From Sphaeroforma arctica JP610 (taxonomy: Eukaryota), in assembly GCF_001186125.1 (NCBI RefSeq), contig NW_014040293.1:10407-67308 (forward strand): DNA of 56,902 nucleotides, given 5' to 3'. Below are positions 24,201 to 38,014 of this stretch, one piece after another. Every line of letters begins with the position of its first letter. Within the stretch, counting starts at the first letter, position 1. Under the pieces are notes generated by a model. The model saw only the letters and a program-made list of their open reading frames with translations. It made no database searches and had not been told where the DNA came from. Position numbers and translations under genes: made by a program.

Positions 24201-26147
24201 TATAGGAAACAACAGTGGCAATTGGAACGGGGATTTGCACCAGAACAGCAACATCTCGGGCAGGCAGCCGTCGAACATGCCGCAGATATATCAGCCGAGC
24301 GGGCCACCCATGGCCGTATCTCAGCAGTTCTCCTCGTATAATGGGTCTAATCAAAACACCCAACTGCACAGGCCACAAAGTATGGACCCCAATGTGATGT
24401 CCGTGAGGTACGTGAGTAATCTTGGTGGGCCACAACTCACCGACGATGGGTACTACATGCACAACGGCGCACACCAGAGTGCGGTATACAGCTCGTCCGC
24501 AATGCCACCACAACAACAGCATGGCCATTCACAGTCACAGGGCCACTGGGACAGGCCACCGTATCCGAATAACATGGATGGGATGTATGGGGGCCATGTC
24601 AATCCGTCACAACAACAGTCGCGCCTCACCACATCACAGAGTGTGGATCCCAGGGGCTCCCCGCATAATCGGAACCAACAGGGTGACCCACGCAGGCCCT
24701 TAGATAATAATTGGTACCCTGGTCCGCAAACAAACAGGTATGACGGATACTCGGATATGCAACAGCAGACGCCGACACCGGCCAATATGACACAGTATCG
24801 GTAAGTGTGTATTTGTTTTTTTTCTTCTTTTTTTTTCTTTTTTTTATCCCAGCTAAATTCAAGCTTTAAACGAGCAATATGATTCCGTGTGCCGTTTATT
24901 GCAGAATGTGGTCGTAATTGAGTGAGATGCATTGTGCGTATGTTGGATATTCTAGTAACCTTACGATCTCTGATGTGAACGTTTTCACCCATTAAATCTA
25001 TTATAAAGCGCTTGTTGTTCCTTTACTGTCTCAAAACAACGAAGCGATTCGCTTGCTGACAATGCGTTTGTTTGTTCATGGGAATATCCTGGAAGCAAAC
25101 CCCGTTGCATATATGATATATGTAGTGTGATATTGTACATATACGTGAGCTTTCTAAGAATTTAATCTGACATAAGCTTCTCATAAATGAGGAGGCTCTG
25201 TATTTATTTCTGGTACGATTGAAGTATAAGCAGATGATTGGGTGTATCATGTTTTATATTATATGCTAAATCGACCCCGCTGTCAATATTTGCATCTATT
25301 TCTAGCTGGTTTCTTACTATACCCACGGAGATGCAAGGCGACTCTGAAGAAGAACAAAAGAGACGGCGGGATTACATTCACACTTTCTTTGAAAGACAGC
25401 CTGATGGTGCATGGCTAGTGCGCTACAATCACAGGAAGCACCAATTCGTCCTTTCGATCTTGTAAGTCTCGATGCAACGTATAGACAAACCCCCAAATCA
25501 GACTGAGTGTGCTTCGTAGGATCAAAATCTACAATTCGTATTTAATCTCTGTTGTGCAAATAGCCATTGTATAAGACTGTCGCCAAATCAAATCAACATC
25601 AACGGTCATGTAGTTCCCATTTATCATCAACATCAACGGTCATGTAGTTCCCATTTATCATCAACATCAACGGTCATGTAATTCCCATTTATTCGACCCG
25701 GTCAATCGTGTGTTCATTGCACGTATATGCTTTTCAACCATATGCCTCCGGTAAACTGATCTGTGTAGTTCGTATCTCATTCTACATTGCCTCTACACAT
25801 GTTTTTTTTTATCCTCCTAAACTGTACCTCCTAAACAAAAAATTACCTCCTAAACAGTATGTTGGGTATCGATTCCACTTTCGCCTTTCTGATATACTCG
25901 AAAGTCGAAAATTGACCGTTTTGCCTGCCTTTCATTTACACATATCAGATTTGGTGGTTTAGTTCTTCACATGAACATTGCGTCCCAGGGTAACGAGTAC
26001 GTGCTGGACAATCATCGATTCCCGTCAATCCCAGCGTTGACAGACTATTATCAAAGTAACAATATAAGCGGGAAGATCGCCACGCCGCTGACGATGCCGA
26101 TACCCTGCATTCGCACTGACACCACTAATTACGTTTTGGTGGAGTGA
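21286..26147 (+). CDS. Q/H/S-rich low-complexity protein with C-terminal SH2 domain (adaptor-like)
   Basis: Phase-compatible GT-AG exons 21286-21362, 22038-22134, 22606-22627, 22754-22818, 22936-24800, 25306-25461, 25949-26147. C-terminus RWF...RQPDGAWLVRY...QFVLSILFGGLVLHMNI...YVLDNHRFPSIPALTDYYQ...PLTMPI matches the SH2 pattern. The start codon and small 5' exons are less certain. Confidence 0.75.
25594..25692. repeat. 34-bp minisatellite x ~3 in the last intron of the SH2 gene
   Basis: Unit caacatcaacggtcatgtagttcccatttatcat. Confidence 0.85.
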
Positions 26148-27229
26148 GATTGATGCTTGCTGGCCACCACCAAAAGATGGCATAAAGTTTGAGCAATATG
26201 TTATCTTGGGTGAAAGCTACTCACATACTTGCATGGTAATCTGAGGTTTCCAAATAAATTTCATCAGTCAAATTTATTGGGCCGTGAATTGTCACACAAG
26301 TGTGAGCGCTGACCCGCAATCGTATTATATAGGCTAGTTATACGATGAATAAAAGTAAACACCCAAAGCATGAAAGTAAATCATGGAAATTCCGGTATTT
26401 TCTTCGCGAAAAAAAATATACCAAAACAGAATGGATCAAAGATATGAATTAGGTAAATATTACTGTATCATATTTTGTAGCAAATGAACTTTCAATAAAT
26501 TGCTTTAGCGAAGCCTTCCCGTTAAGAACGACCCTGACTACTCATCAACCACACAGAATATTTAGTTGACAATGCAAGATGATGTCACGAGCAACCACCG
26601 TGGGCAACAACCGACACCGTTTACAAAAACGTCGGAGTGTTTCCTATACAATAAGATTATCAAAGTGTGCAAACGAAAGCTCCCGACAAATGAGCTATGT
26701 AGCTCAAATCCTTCCAAAATATCTTTCCCATCTGTAAATTTTACCGGGACTTGCAAGGCGGCAATATGCACGCTTCGATTTGAGGTGGTAAAACAGATGA
26801 TTCCGGCTTTAAATTGTTCCGGACTCGAAGTTCTACTTTTTAGCATTCCTCATGGTGGCGTGGATTTCAGTTCTTTCCAGCTATCTGGATTATAATCAGT
26901 TTGAGGAAAGATGACAATCAACAGTATTATCGTATTCCGAACATTAATAACGCTTTACCGGGGTCATATCGAGTGTCTGACAATAATTGGAGAGAAAATT
27001 CTTGGGCAATTGCATCGATTATTCTCTTTGTCGTTCACTGCATATAGCCTTCTGAAAATTACACATCCACTGACCAAATTATTTGCTATTCAAAGAAAAA
27101 ATATATATTCAAAAAGCAATGTTAATATAGCTAACAAGTTGACATCGATTAACCAGCCCCTACCAATGTGTCTGGCACACAATCCTCTTCACCAGAGGAC
27201 TGAACAAATATACTCAAGTCGATGGCAAC

Positions 27230-30200
27230 GCTCAATGACCTAATAAAAACGCTACAAGAAAAACCGTGGACCTTGAATCCCGCGTCCGTACAACGTCAAG
27301 CGACAACCACACGAATACAATTCAATTTGGTGTGAGCTCACTTCAACAACCCACAAATGATGACACAGTGATCACTACACCGGCAAAACGCTTGCGCACC
27401 AATGAGCAGCGTAACAAAGAAGTTGCCAGCTACCGTTCCAAAGTAGCTAAATCCACAAAACCGTCCCCTAAAACGCGACCATTCCTTCCAGTACCAAAAG
27501 CAACATCCCGCCCAGCTGTTTTTGTCACAAATGACAAGTCGCCTGCTGTCTCTAGACGAATTGAAGAATGCAACTCCTGTCTGGCTTTTCTTCAAAGCAG
27601 TATTTCCAAATGGCAAGCCTCCCCCACGCTATGCCTTTGAATAAGTGTGGCGCTCCAATCCTATTTTGAATCGTCACCAACAATATTTTCCGGTATCTGC
27701 CATCGAAACCAAATCCCGAACGCAACCGTCGAGGCCGAGAAACCAGCATCATCCGAATTTGTATTTCTGGTGAGGTCGAAGCCAGCTTGAAACTAATTGC
27801 AAATGATGCCTGGAAGTGGCGCCTTGACGAAAATAACGGTCCACGCTCCAATATGCACCCAGATTCAACCAAAGCAGCAATTATATATTATCTTCGAACC
27901 AAGCGCGAGGCCCGATGCGGTGCAGGCTTGGCACCTGAGATCATCGGCAAAGCCTTGATCTACTCCTGATCCCTTTGACGAAATCAGTAGATATCGAGAT
28001 CCTCAAATCTACAACCGAGCGCATTGAGAGAGCATTTCAATCAAAGCGTGGCAACCCCACAACCAGGGACTCCGCACGCAACTGTACCAACTACCCCATC
28101 AGCGATTTCCCGACTCTTGGAGAAGGCAGATCAACTGGAGCATAGAAATCAACACAGTAGAACCCGATATCAATTTGCCAGAGAACGACCAATGTTAAGA
28201 CCTATGCATATGATGCTTTTTTGACCCACGAGGTCTCAATTTGGATATTCCGACGAAATCAGATAAGTGTTTGAATGTTATATCGGTTTTGGATCAGGTT
28301 GATGTTATATGTGTGGTTGAAACCTGGCATAATGTGACTTTTCTAAATCATATACGTTCATCCACGAAGCCTCGAATCTTATATCACACTGCACGACACA
28401 ATCCCGTACATCCTTCGCACTGTGGTATTGGGATATTTTCCAAGCATCATCCATCGAAGTTTAACCTCATCCTTTCATCACCATAAGCGGTTTTCTTCTC
28501 TTGGTATCCCAATGGCTGTATTCTACCTCCCACTCAACTCCTTAGCAGAGGCAGAAGTTGAACACTGCATGAATCCTCACTTCCAGCTAGATGTTGTCTG
28601 GGGTGATTTCAATTTCAACCCCAATATGTCACATTCAAAACGACGGTAGATGCCACTACTCCCGGTGCCTGGTGCCTACATTATCTCTATACGGGAGAAT
28701 TTACCGGTACAGAGCACGCGTACCACAGGTCAACAACCCCAGCCTCTCTTCAAACATACCTTCTTGCGGATCACGGTAACTACGATGACCACAAATTTGG
28801 CCTCGATCTTCAGGTGGTCCCAAATGAACCAGTAATCCGTCTTCGGCGAGTGCCCCGTCTCAATCACCACCCCAGCACCAGAGTCTACCATCCCACGGCT
28901 ACAACCGGTATCGCCACCGACAGCATCATTTACACGACAAGGTCCGCACCCTGTTGTTTCACGCTGAGATCCGTAAGCAACCGACACCTGTTACGATCAT
29001 CGTCAGACGGATTCGAGCGTATACTATATTGAATTTGGCGCTACGTAGCGAACCCTGCCATTTTTGGAGGTTACTATTATGACACTGACAAAACGTGGGT
29101 ACAACGACTGCCGATTCGCACGTTCCGCCCGCGATCTTGCCCAACACAACATCTATACGAACAAGCGTATCGCACATCAACATCGATCACCGCGTCAGCC
29201 TTGTATACCGGGTATCCAGGATTCGGGCGCTGCACTGACAGGTTACTACCAAGATCTCTTCAACAAAACTAACTACCACGTGACCCCGCCGGACACAGCA
29301 TCAGCACCTACATCGAATGCAATTATTCACTCGGGGATGGTGTTGGTGGCAATACTGTGCTATCCAAACAAGGGCCCTGGTCCAAATGGTATCCATATCC
29401 TCCTCCTTAAGGCCACAATAGAACGATCAACTGAACCCCCGACTATGGGACACCCTGACCCTGACAGCCCACTTATTAGCATCTTGGCTGAGGCATTATC
29501 TGCCCTCTTAATGACTGGAACATTCCCTAAGGCTCTCGACTGTACTCTTGTGACAGCCCATCTGAAGAAAGCAGACACGGATATTGCATCCCCTGCCAAT
29601 TTCCGAACGACAACCTTAACGCAGATTGTTCGACGCATTTTTGAGAAGTGCTTCCAACAGCTTATAACAAATCACTCCGGATCAACCACCCATGTAACTC
29701 AAGCTGGATTTGAATCACGCTACTCCTATCATACTCATAGAATCTGAGACACAATCCGAGGATGCCTGGAATGATTTGTGTCTTGACATCACCAAAGCAT
29801 ACAATAAAGTGGTCCTCCCGCGCATGTGGATGCTGTTTCACCAAGCTGGAATGTCAAAGAACTGGATCAGTTGTCCCCGTGCATTGTTCGAGAATGTTCC
29901 CACACATGTGACGTATCGTGGGAAGCTTTTACCTCTATTCCATAGAACGAATGGCATCCTCCAAGATTCGATTGTCGGTCCACAGCTTTTTATCATGGAC
30001 TCCCTGACTATTCTGCTTGCGCAATTTCGACCGAGACTTTTCCGCTCCTACTCCTTTGTAGATGACACGCGCATTCAGGCTCCGCAATCTATTCGGTTGC
30101 AACCCTTCCTGAACGCGATCGATGATTGGGGTCGCCAATCCGGTCTAAAACAAGGGATCCCTATGCCCCGAAAGATATCGTCGAGTATGCTGCATGCAAT

Positions 30201-30440
30201 ACAGCCTCTCCGTATCAATGGGCATCTCATCACGCCAACGCTAGTAGGCTCCCCAAATGCGAACACTCTCAACAGACGCCTACTTATCCCTCCCATGCCC
30301 ATGACGGCGAAACTCTCTGACATCTATCCACAGCCTTCCAAATACTTAGGACGTCAACTGTCCCGGGCATACCGAATATCGACTTCGCAAAACACATGGA
30401 CCACCTCGTGACAGAATTACTCCAGGCTATAGACTTTATT
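27230..30440 (+). mobile_element. Degenerate non-LTR (LINE-like) retrotransposon: ORF1 remnants, APE endonuclease and RT, frameshifted
   Basis: APE motifs DVICVVETWH (~28300) and VVWGDFN (~28600). RT motifs KGPGPNGI, NFRTTTL...RRIFEK, QAGF, LDITKAYNKV, GILQDSIVGPQLF and FVDD split over ORFs 29064-29747 and 29710-30411. Ends approximate. Confidence 0.85.
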
Positions 30441-30699
30441 TTGACACTTCAACAGTTCAAGTTAAAATGTGGTATTCAGTGTGATACACAAACGCCTTAA
30501 TAGCACAGAATAGACAGAATAAAACAACTGACTGGTGTTGCTTAAGTTATCTAACAGGTACATAAAACTTGACTTCTCAGATGTCGACTTTCCTAAGTGA
30601 AGTGTCCATCACATGACTAAGTGTGTCTAAGACAAAAAGTGACGTTGACAAAACTCAAATCAAAGGTTGGCTGATACAGGCTCTAATAGAAATCAGCTA

Positions 30700-31445
30700 T
30701 AATGCTAACCTTTTGACCTAGCACTCTTAGCGGTCGATCAGATTAAACCGATGATTCCTTTAGTAAAACAAGAGTTGTTCTCGACTTATCTCCTATTAGT
30801 TATTTGATCTCCAAAGATAGCTTTCCTGTATTAAAGAGAAGTGAGATACTACGTAATATGGAAGGAACCACCATTTTACCATGATTGATTTTAAAGCGGA
30901 GTTCGACCAACTCAAGATATACGAACCACATAGAAATTATTTTTTTATGTGGCAATGTATGAAGTAAAAACTTATAGGGACCCCCTAATGATACAACTGT
31001 TAACTGATCTGTCGGGGAACGTGTCCTATACTCAGACGATATAGTTGGATTTACCTCGACAGCAGCCGAGCATACAAGTCTCGTCAAACTTGTACTTTAA
31101 CGCTTGAATGAGGCTAACCTCACGATACATGAAGCCAAGTGCGTGTTTGCTAAAGATACTATTCATTTACTTGATTATGAGAAATCAACCGCCGGAGTAG
31201 AAATAAATACAGGGAAGAAGCAACTCCTCCTTGATCTATCTACGCCTATACCAGCGAGAGATGCCAATTCTGTGCGTGGGGTTGTCAATTTCTTATCGGA
31301 CTCGGTACCACATTTATCCCACTACCCAAAGCCTGTTTGTCACCAATGTTTTCACAAAGGCAAACTGGGTAAGTTTTTTACTAAAAAGTGCGATGAAGCT
31401 TTGAACCCAGTCAAAGATGAGGCTATGGATGTGCATGTATAGTAT
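30700..31445 (+). pseudogene. Ty3/gypsy reverse transcriptase fragment
   Basis: VLYSDDIVGFTST..EH..LV..VL*RLNEANLTIHEAKCVF...SVRGVVNF...KGKLG, homologous to the RT at 55910. Confidence 0.75.
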
Positions 31446-31899
31446 GCAAACTCCTGTGGACGGTGTTTCATTTCAAGTAGCTCGCTTGAATGAGGCTAAC
31501 CTCATGATATAATAGTCGTCAGGGTTGGTATTACATTTGCACTTTATTTAGTCTACTACATTTCACTCAAACAATCGTCAGGGTTGGTATTCCTCTGAGG
31601 AGGACCTTCCTTCTCATCACTTGAGTGAGTTTTTATGTAAAACCTTTGTCTATGATTTGTCAACGAATCGGAGAGAGTTCTGAGATTCACGGAAAGTGTC
31701 AGATGGTAGTCAAACTACAGTATCATTCGTAGAGCAAATCTTATAAGAAGTTAAACCGTCTTGGGATGTTTTATCAAGTACATCTTTGGCATACGACTCT
31801 GCAACAGGGACATCAGAATCAAATATTTTGGAGGTAGGGACGATGAGTGCCTAGTTGGAGTGCGTTAGTACTTTCTATGTTGTTTATGTTAAGAGTGTA

Positions 31900-32640
31900 A
31901 TGTAGTAGACTTTAAATATTGTTCTGACCTCGCCTTTGTATTTATACATAAGGTTTTTGTGCTAGTTTTCAGCCGCGTGGGCTGGCCAGGGTGAAAATAT
32001 ATGTAGTCAGCATAAAAAACCTTCCGAAGAAATTTGACATCAGCTTACCTGAAAATAATTACCCTTATTATAAATTGAACTAAGTTGATGATCCAAGTCA
32101 TTAGTCGGTCGCGTATATTTGTGAATTTTTCTCGGCTGAGAGGCTTCGCGAAGATATCAATGAGTAGTTGTTTTGATTGTGAGTTCTCTGATGTGTTGAT
32201 ATCGTAGGTCGACGTGTTTAGTATTACTGGCTTGCTGTCTTGTCCTATGACGGTAGTTTCGACGAGCGGAATCTCGAATTCCGTGAAGAGATTCACAGCT
32301 GCAACATAAGCCAATCCAAAACCCAAAGCCACAGAACCATTAAATACTGAGATTTGGGTCCGGATCCAAATATTCTTAATAATAGTCATCATAAAAATTA
32401 GCTTTAGAACCAGTACCCCGCGTGTGAGAGTAACACTCGAGTAAAAGCCTGTGTCTAGTGAATTAGAAAAAAACAAATAAAGTCTCGGTTCGGTTTTCTT
32501 ATACTAGGGACTTTTCCTAACTGAGATAACCGTACTTGAGAAGAGGTCTATCGTAATCTTTGACTCCTATCTGTCAGCTACTCTCAAGTTCTACATTTTT
32601 TATAATATCCTTAGACATAAGTAAAGAAGCTCAGTCACGC
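31900..32640 (-). mobile_element. Ty1/copia 3' fragment: RNase H end plus partial LTR
   Basis: NLFTEFEIPLVETTVIGQDSKPV...DIFAKPLSREKFTNIRDRL. 31903-32040 matches the 3' part of the LTR family at 37518/40488/44084, and 32340-32640 matches 38320-38600. Confidence 0.75.
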
Positions 32641-33512
32641 TAGTACAGTAAACGAACAAGCAAACTTACTAGCCAGAAACATAAAGTGAACAGCCAAGTA
32701 ATAGAGTTCAAGTGGGCAACGGGGAGAAGAGTCAATCACGAGCGATTAACAGAAGGCTGGAAAAGGAAGAATCGGCTAGAAGAACAAGCTTCAACCGGCA
32801 GATCAGAAGACTGACAGAAAGGAACACATGTGTTTTTTCCGAGTGAGAGAAAGTCATAAGGGGTGTGTGTTCTGATATTGGGTGAAAAAGAACACCAACC
32901 TGTCACCTTGATTATATTTTCGATGTTGGGGAAATTAAAATTTAGGTAACTGTCAATCAACACTAGAATTTCAAGAAGTGACCCCACACTACACAACATC
33001 AATTGCAAACAGGATAGAAAGCTAGTCCTTCATAAGGAAAGTGCATAATTAGTACTGCAAACTTTTCATAGTGACAACCAGTATATAAGATCCATACAAG
33101 ACACGCAAAAGGATTGTCTAACAATAGATTAACAGAACATCTGTTACAATCACACAGGTTACACGAATATAGGCTCATAGCCAAAAAAATGAGGGTTTAA
33201 GATTCATCAAATCACAATTAGTGCGGCGTAAAGGCATAAACCGACAAGGAACATGCAGTATCCATAGTTTTTGCAGTGCAACGGCATACTACACCTGCAA
33301 GAAATATACATTACCCATAACTGCTGTAGCACAGGTACCGATTTAGCGGAGATATATGCACAGATTTAGCAGAAATCGCCAATACTGCAATTGACTAAAA
33401 ACTTTATTTATGGGGTCGGGGTAATTTTTAGATAGACGTACTTACAAAAAGCACAGATTAAGGTATAACAAATACATACGGAGTGTAAGGCTAGCTTAAC
33501 AAGCAAGAATAG

Positions 33513-33558
<46 letters not shown>

Positions 33559-34504
33559 CAGGAAGTACAAACCAAACATGCAATTAGCATGACAACTGAT
33601 TCAAGCGGATATAAATCACAGAATCCTCAAGAGAGTTCAATCAATAAGAAAAAAAACAGCTTAGGCAGTGAATCTAGAGCAAATAATAATTTCTAAAAGA
33701 CAAAGAAGGTCATTGACACAGAATCATATCGAGAGAGAAAACACAAGTAATCAGATAACAAATGACATAATAATAAAAAGGCTAGCTGATCAAGCAAGAT
33801 AACCACACAGGCACACAAAGAACACGCCAATAAAACGAAGTAAGAAGGCTAGCAGTTACAGCGAGAAATGGCCATACACGCACGTAAGTCAATCACATAA
33901 AACAAGACTCTATATGCAAAACTCGCACACATATGCGTAACAGACACAGTGATGAGTGCACTCACAATATCTCGCTAAGAGCCAAAGTGTGATTTTAGAG
34001 GGGCTGGGACCGAACATCTAATGTGTGGTCATAGGTGACGTCAATGAGACCAAACATCACAAGTTAAGCCTGTAAGCAACAACAACTGTTCGGTACTTCA
34101 CAGGTGTCAAAACAACGTAACGATCACACGTGATAAAATATTGTCACTTGAAAATAAAAATAGATAAGTTCACACGTGATGAAATAAGCTTACCAAAAAA
34201 ACAAACAAACACAGCGTCCCAATCACAGGAAGGAACGTTACAAGCTACCGTACAACGCATCACGGTACACACTTCACACGGAAGTGCAGCGCAGCGTGAC
34301 AACGATAATGTCACGTAGGATAAGTTAATTTTTATTTGTTTGTACACGAGTTACCAGCAAGATAAGGGGATGAAGCCTGATTTGGTTCGAATATAGTACA
34401 AGTCTTTACTAGTAGCCTGCAATCCACACACATCGATTCAGACAGCTCAAGATGCCCACAGCAACAAAAGCAGGGGTGTATGGTGGTGTGCTTTCGCGAT
34501 CAAA

Positions 34505-37100
34505 ATGGTTAACATTCTAGAGGTGAAAGTCGCTATACAAGGACTGGAAGCTGATCCTGAGAAAACGAAAAGCATGATGGACTGGCCACTACCCAGAACA
34601 AAAAGAGATCTGTACAGGGCGATGGCACTCGCGAACTATATGCGTGACCGTGTCCCCAATTTTCCCCACACAACTAGGCACTTCCGCAGCCCAATGAAAG
34701 GCAAATTGAACCAAACATATATATGTTATGGTCACCGGAACTCTAAACGAAGTGGGAAGAACTCAAAGAAGCCATCGCTTGTTCGGCGACAATAGCATAC
34801 CCAGTTGATGGAGTACCGTTTCAGATCATGAACAACGCTAGTGACTATGGCATAGAGAATGTTTGTTTCAGGTCATAGACGGAGTCAGAAGAGAAATTGT
34901 CGACTTCTCTTAAGGCTTGAACCCAGCCCAACAGGCTATGACACAAACACTTAAGAGTTACTCAGTCTGTCTGGCACATGCCTTCAAATATATCAAAGGA
35001 GCGGTCATACGACTATGGATAGATCATAAAGCGCTCACGCAAATGAACAGCCAACAGACGTTATCCCCAATGCTAGCCAAATGAGTAGTAAAGACATACC
35101 ACCGTCGATTTTCCATCATATTTGTCCCAGACAAGGACAACTAGATGGCAGATATGTTGTCGCGTCTACATGGAGACGCATTTAACAACAAAACATCAGA
35201 GGTATTAAGAGACGCGAACAAACCAACACACAGCAACCAAGAGTACACCACCTTGGAGACAAACATGCCCATAACACTATCAGCTATAGACTGCATGCTA
35301 CACCCCAGATTCTATAAAGAAGCTGAAAGACGGTTTGGGAAATTGCCAGTATATCTGTTTGCATCGGCACCCAATGCAAAAAGAACAGAATGCGCTCCTA
35401 CAGAAATGGGCGCAGAAAACAAATGCGTGGGAACTCATACCTGATGTCCTCGACAAATACATTGAAGAGAAAACCAATATCACGATATGTGTGCCTTACT
35501 ACCCCAATGTAACGTGGTTTCCGAAATTTCTGTCTTTACTAGAAGACGACCCGATGCTAGTGGAAACACAAACGACACGTTCCTCAAAGAAGGCACGAAA
35601 GCATGTGGCAGGACCCCATGGGGGTGTCACATTAGTAGCAAAGATAAGAGTGAAGTCTTCATACTTTGCCATAAGGCCGGAACAACTTATCATACACATC
35701 TCAGTCTCACAAACAGTTAGCACTGGAGATGCGTCGAATGAGACTGAATACGAGACAAGCGTCCACATCATCGAGCAATACCACAACCTGGGACATTATA
35801 CACCTATGAAAAGGTAAGCAAATTGCAAGCAGATGAACACAAGTGGCCACAAACCCAATAACATGTACACAGACACATTGAAAGATGAGTACCACGTCTC
35901 AAAAATAAATTCTACAATAAAGGATTCCACATCTTACAATCTATCACAGCCGTATTCCTAGGGGACAAAGTCCAAGTGGACACCATAGGCCCACTATTAG
36001 ACTCAAACAGAGGCCATACATATGTGTTAGTGTGGCTAGACGTACACTTATCGTATGTCATACTCAGATCAACGATGGACAAATCAGCAGTAACTGTAGC
36101 AAGAACGCTGGTACCAATATTGTGTGAACATTGGTTCCTACAAATCATACAGACAGATCAAGGCACTGAACATGCTAATGACATACGCTCAAAAGTCACT
36201 GAACAAGCGCCAACACAACACTTAGTCTCTCGGCCGTATCAACCTAAAGTTGCAGGAGCATACTAACGATCACATAAAAACCTCATACCATTGTTACGAA
36301 ATTCGTTGAACAAAACCCAGACAACTAGTGTTCTCGACTTTCCTTCGTACAAATGGGTCACAATCTGCGTATATCAAGACGACATATATCATCAAGATTT
36401 AATGTGTACTTTGGTCGCAGACAAAACAAACCAACTCACAGTCTACAACACAGCAGTGAACGTACCCAGTACAACAGTATCACCAACATTTAAATGTGTA
36501 CTGTGGTCGCAGACAAAACAAATCAACTCACGGTCTACAACACAGCAGTGAACGTACCCAGTGCAACAGTATTAAAGGAAGAGCGATTGCAGAGTCTAGA
36601 AGAGGCAATCAGGCCACAACTAAACGCTAATGTTGCACAATATCAAGAAAAGATGCGCGCGGCATATGACCAAAAATACCAACAGAAGTTTGTACACTTC
36701 CAGGAACATGAAGGGAACGTTGTCATGGTTCGCTATCAAGGTCAAATGAATAAAATGACAGCACAATATGACGGACCATCCAAAATAGTATACATGGAGG
36801 GCAACGGGTATTTTTTCTGTAACCTTGATGGGACTGAAGCACCGGAATATCCTAACTCGGCCAGATTGGACTCGTAAAAAAGGACAATTCTCCAAAAGAA
36901 TTTACTTCATAGAACCAAGTACAACCATCCGAGGAGACTCAGTTCTCCTCGGTACTCGACTACAGGCCGTCCATCCAAGATAATGGATCCCAGGAGCACC
37001 TACTGCAAAAGCGTACATGGATGCATGAAACAGATTTCGCAGATGCTGATGTTCTTACACTATACCGTCAACGCACTCGACGCGAGCGAAGGCAATCTAG
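34505..37100 (+). mobile_element. Degenerate Ty3/gypsy pol: RT thumb, RNase H, methyltransferase-like insert, DDE integrase, chromodomain-like tail
   Basis: ADPEKTKSMMDWPLP...ANYMRDRVPNF; NASDYGI, DHKAL, ADMLSR (RNase H); QYHNLGHY; QVDTIGPL...YVLVWLD...IQTDQGTEH...RPYQP..AG (integrase); YDGP (GPY/F); VLDYR...TWMHETDF. Many stops and frameshifts. Confidence 0.85.
35285..35645 (+). pseudogene. DIRS-type DNA N6-adenine methyltransferase-like domain inside gypsy pol
   Basis: DCMLHPRFYKEAERRFGKLPVYLFASAPNAK, then after a frameshift NALLQKW...NAWELIPDVLDK...ITICVPYYPNVTWFPKFLSLLEDDPML. This follows the DIRS MT pattern W.L.P..F......G...DLFAS..N...DA....W.....NPP..LI..VL.K.....P.W....W...L. Confidence 0.65.
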
Positions 37101-37517
37101 GCAGACGAAATCAACAGCAACGAGCACTGATGCAAGATCAGCGAGTATCATTAAGCGCGCGAGGTGGAGGACATAATCAAGTTTCCTTTTCTCACCTTGA
37201 AGCATGCTCCGCCCACATGCTAGAGCGATAAAGACGAAAGACTCGGTTGCAGATAAGACCGTTGACACACGTTTCCCTAAGCCAAGTTGAGATCAATCGA
37301 GAGCACAGGTCAAGACTGGCACCGATGAGCGTGGTTGAGAACTCCATGTGTCATAGTATATCATTAAATAATTAGGTATAATATAAGCATAGATAATGGT
37401 GGCAGGATTTTTATTTACATCCCCTAAGGGACAAGTTTTTCCCTGTACAGAAACACCAACCTCTAGATAATCTAGTACTGTACGATGTCACTTTTCACCC
37501 TTCCGCAGGATCTGGAT

Positions 37518-38001
37518 TGAAATACTACAGGTCTCAGACAAGATTTTACAGCAAGAGACTCTCTTTGATTTATAGAAGTCATGAGAGTTGGATCACTCCC
37601 GAGAGCTAATCAAGTTGTCTAATTTAATCCCGAGAGTTGAGTTAATATTTAACCGACTCCCGGGAACAGATTGAGTTTCTCAACCAAGTCCCGAGAGTGG
37701 ATTAAGTCTGTCAACCGCAACATTCTTAAAATAGCTGCGTTCCTATGCGACTCACAACCTATGCGGAAAGACATCGTGATCAGCGTGAGATTTAGTTGCA
37801 GAGAAGTCAAGATAGAATAGCACCGAAGTGTTGAAGTGTTTTGCATAAGGTTTCTCATACTGACCATATGAGGTTTTACCCTGGCCAGCCCAAGTGGCTG
37901 AACACTAGCACAAACACCTTAGGTATAAAACCAAAGGTGAGGTCAGAAATAAATGCACACATTTGCACTTTATTTGAAGTCTACTACATAACATTCTAAC
38001 A
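37518..38001 (+). repeat. Copia-family LTR (~485 bp), copy 1
   Basis: TG...CA ends; highly similar to 44084-44596 and to the reverse complement of 40488-40973. Followed by the same acttatc internal start as copy 4. Confidence 0.85.
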
Positions 38002-38014
38002 ACTTATCAGGTCC

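Noticed and set aside
22911..24992. Minus-strand and alternate-frame ORFs over the large SH2-gene exon
   Set aside because: Shadow ORFs of a GC-richer coding exon.
25594..25692. 34-bp repeats (and those at 50515-50682) as CRISPR arrays
   Set aside because: No unique regular spacers, no cas genes, eukaryotic context.
26562..27243. ORFs of 94-110 aa downstream of the SH2 gene
   Set aside because: No recognisable domain; probably decayed repeat sequence.
32690..34330. A-rich block between the copia and gypsy fragments as a gene or LTR
   Set aside because: No coherent ORF, paired repeat or TSD found by eye.
34383..34393. GGTTCGA T-loop-like motifs at ~34384, ~43366 and ~52912
   Set aside because: No flanking T-stem, acceptor stem or D arm in either normal or permuted order.
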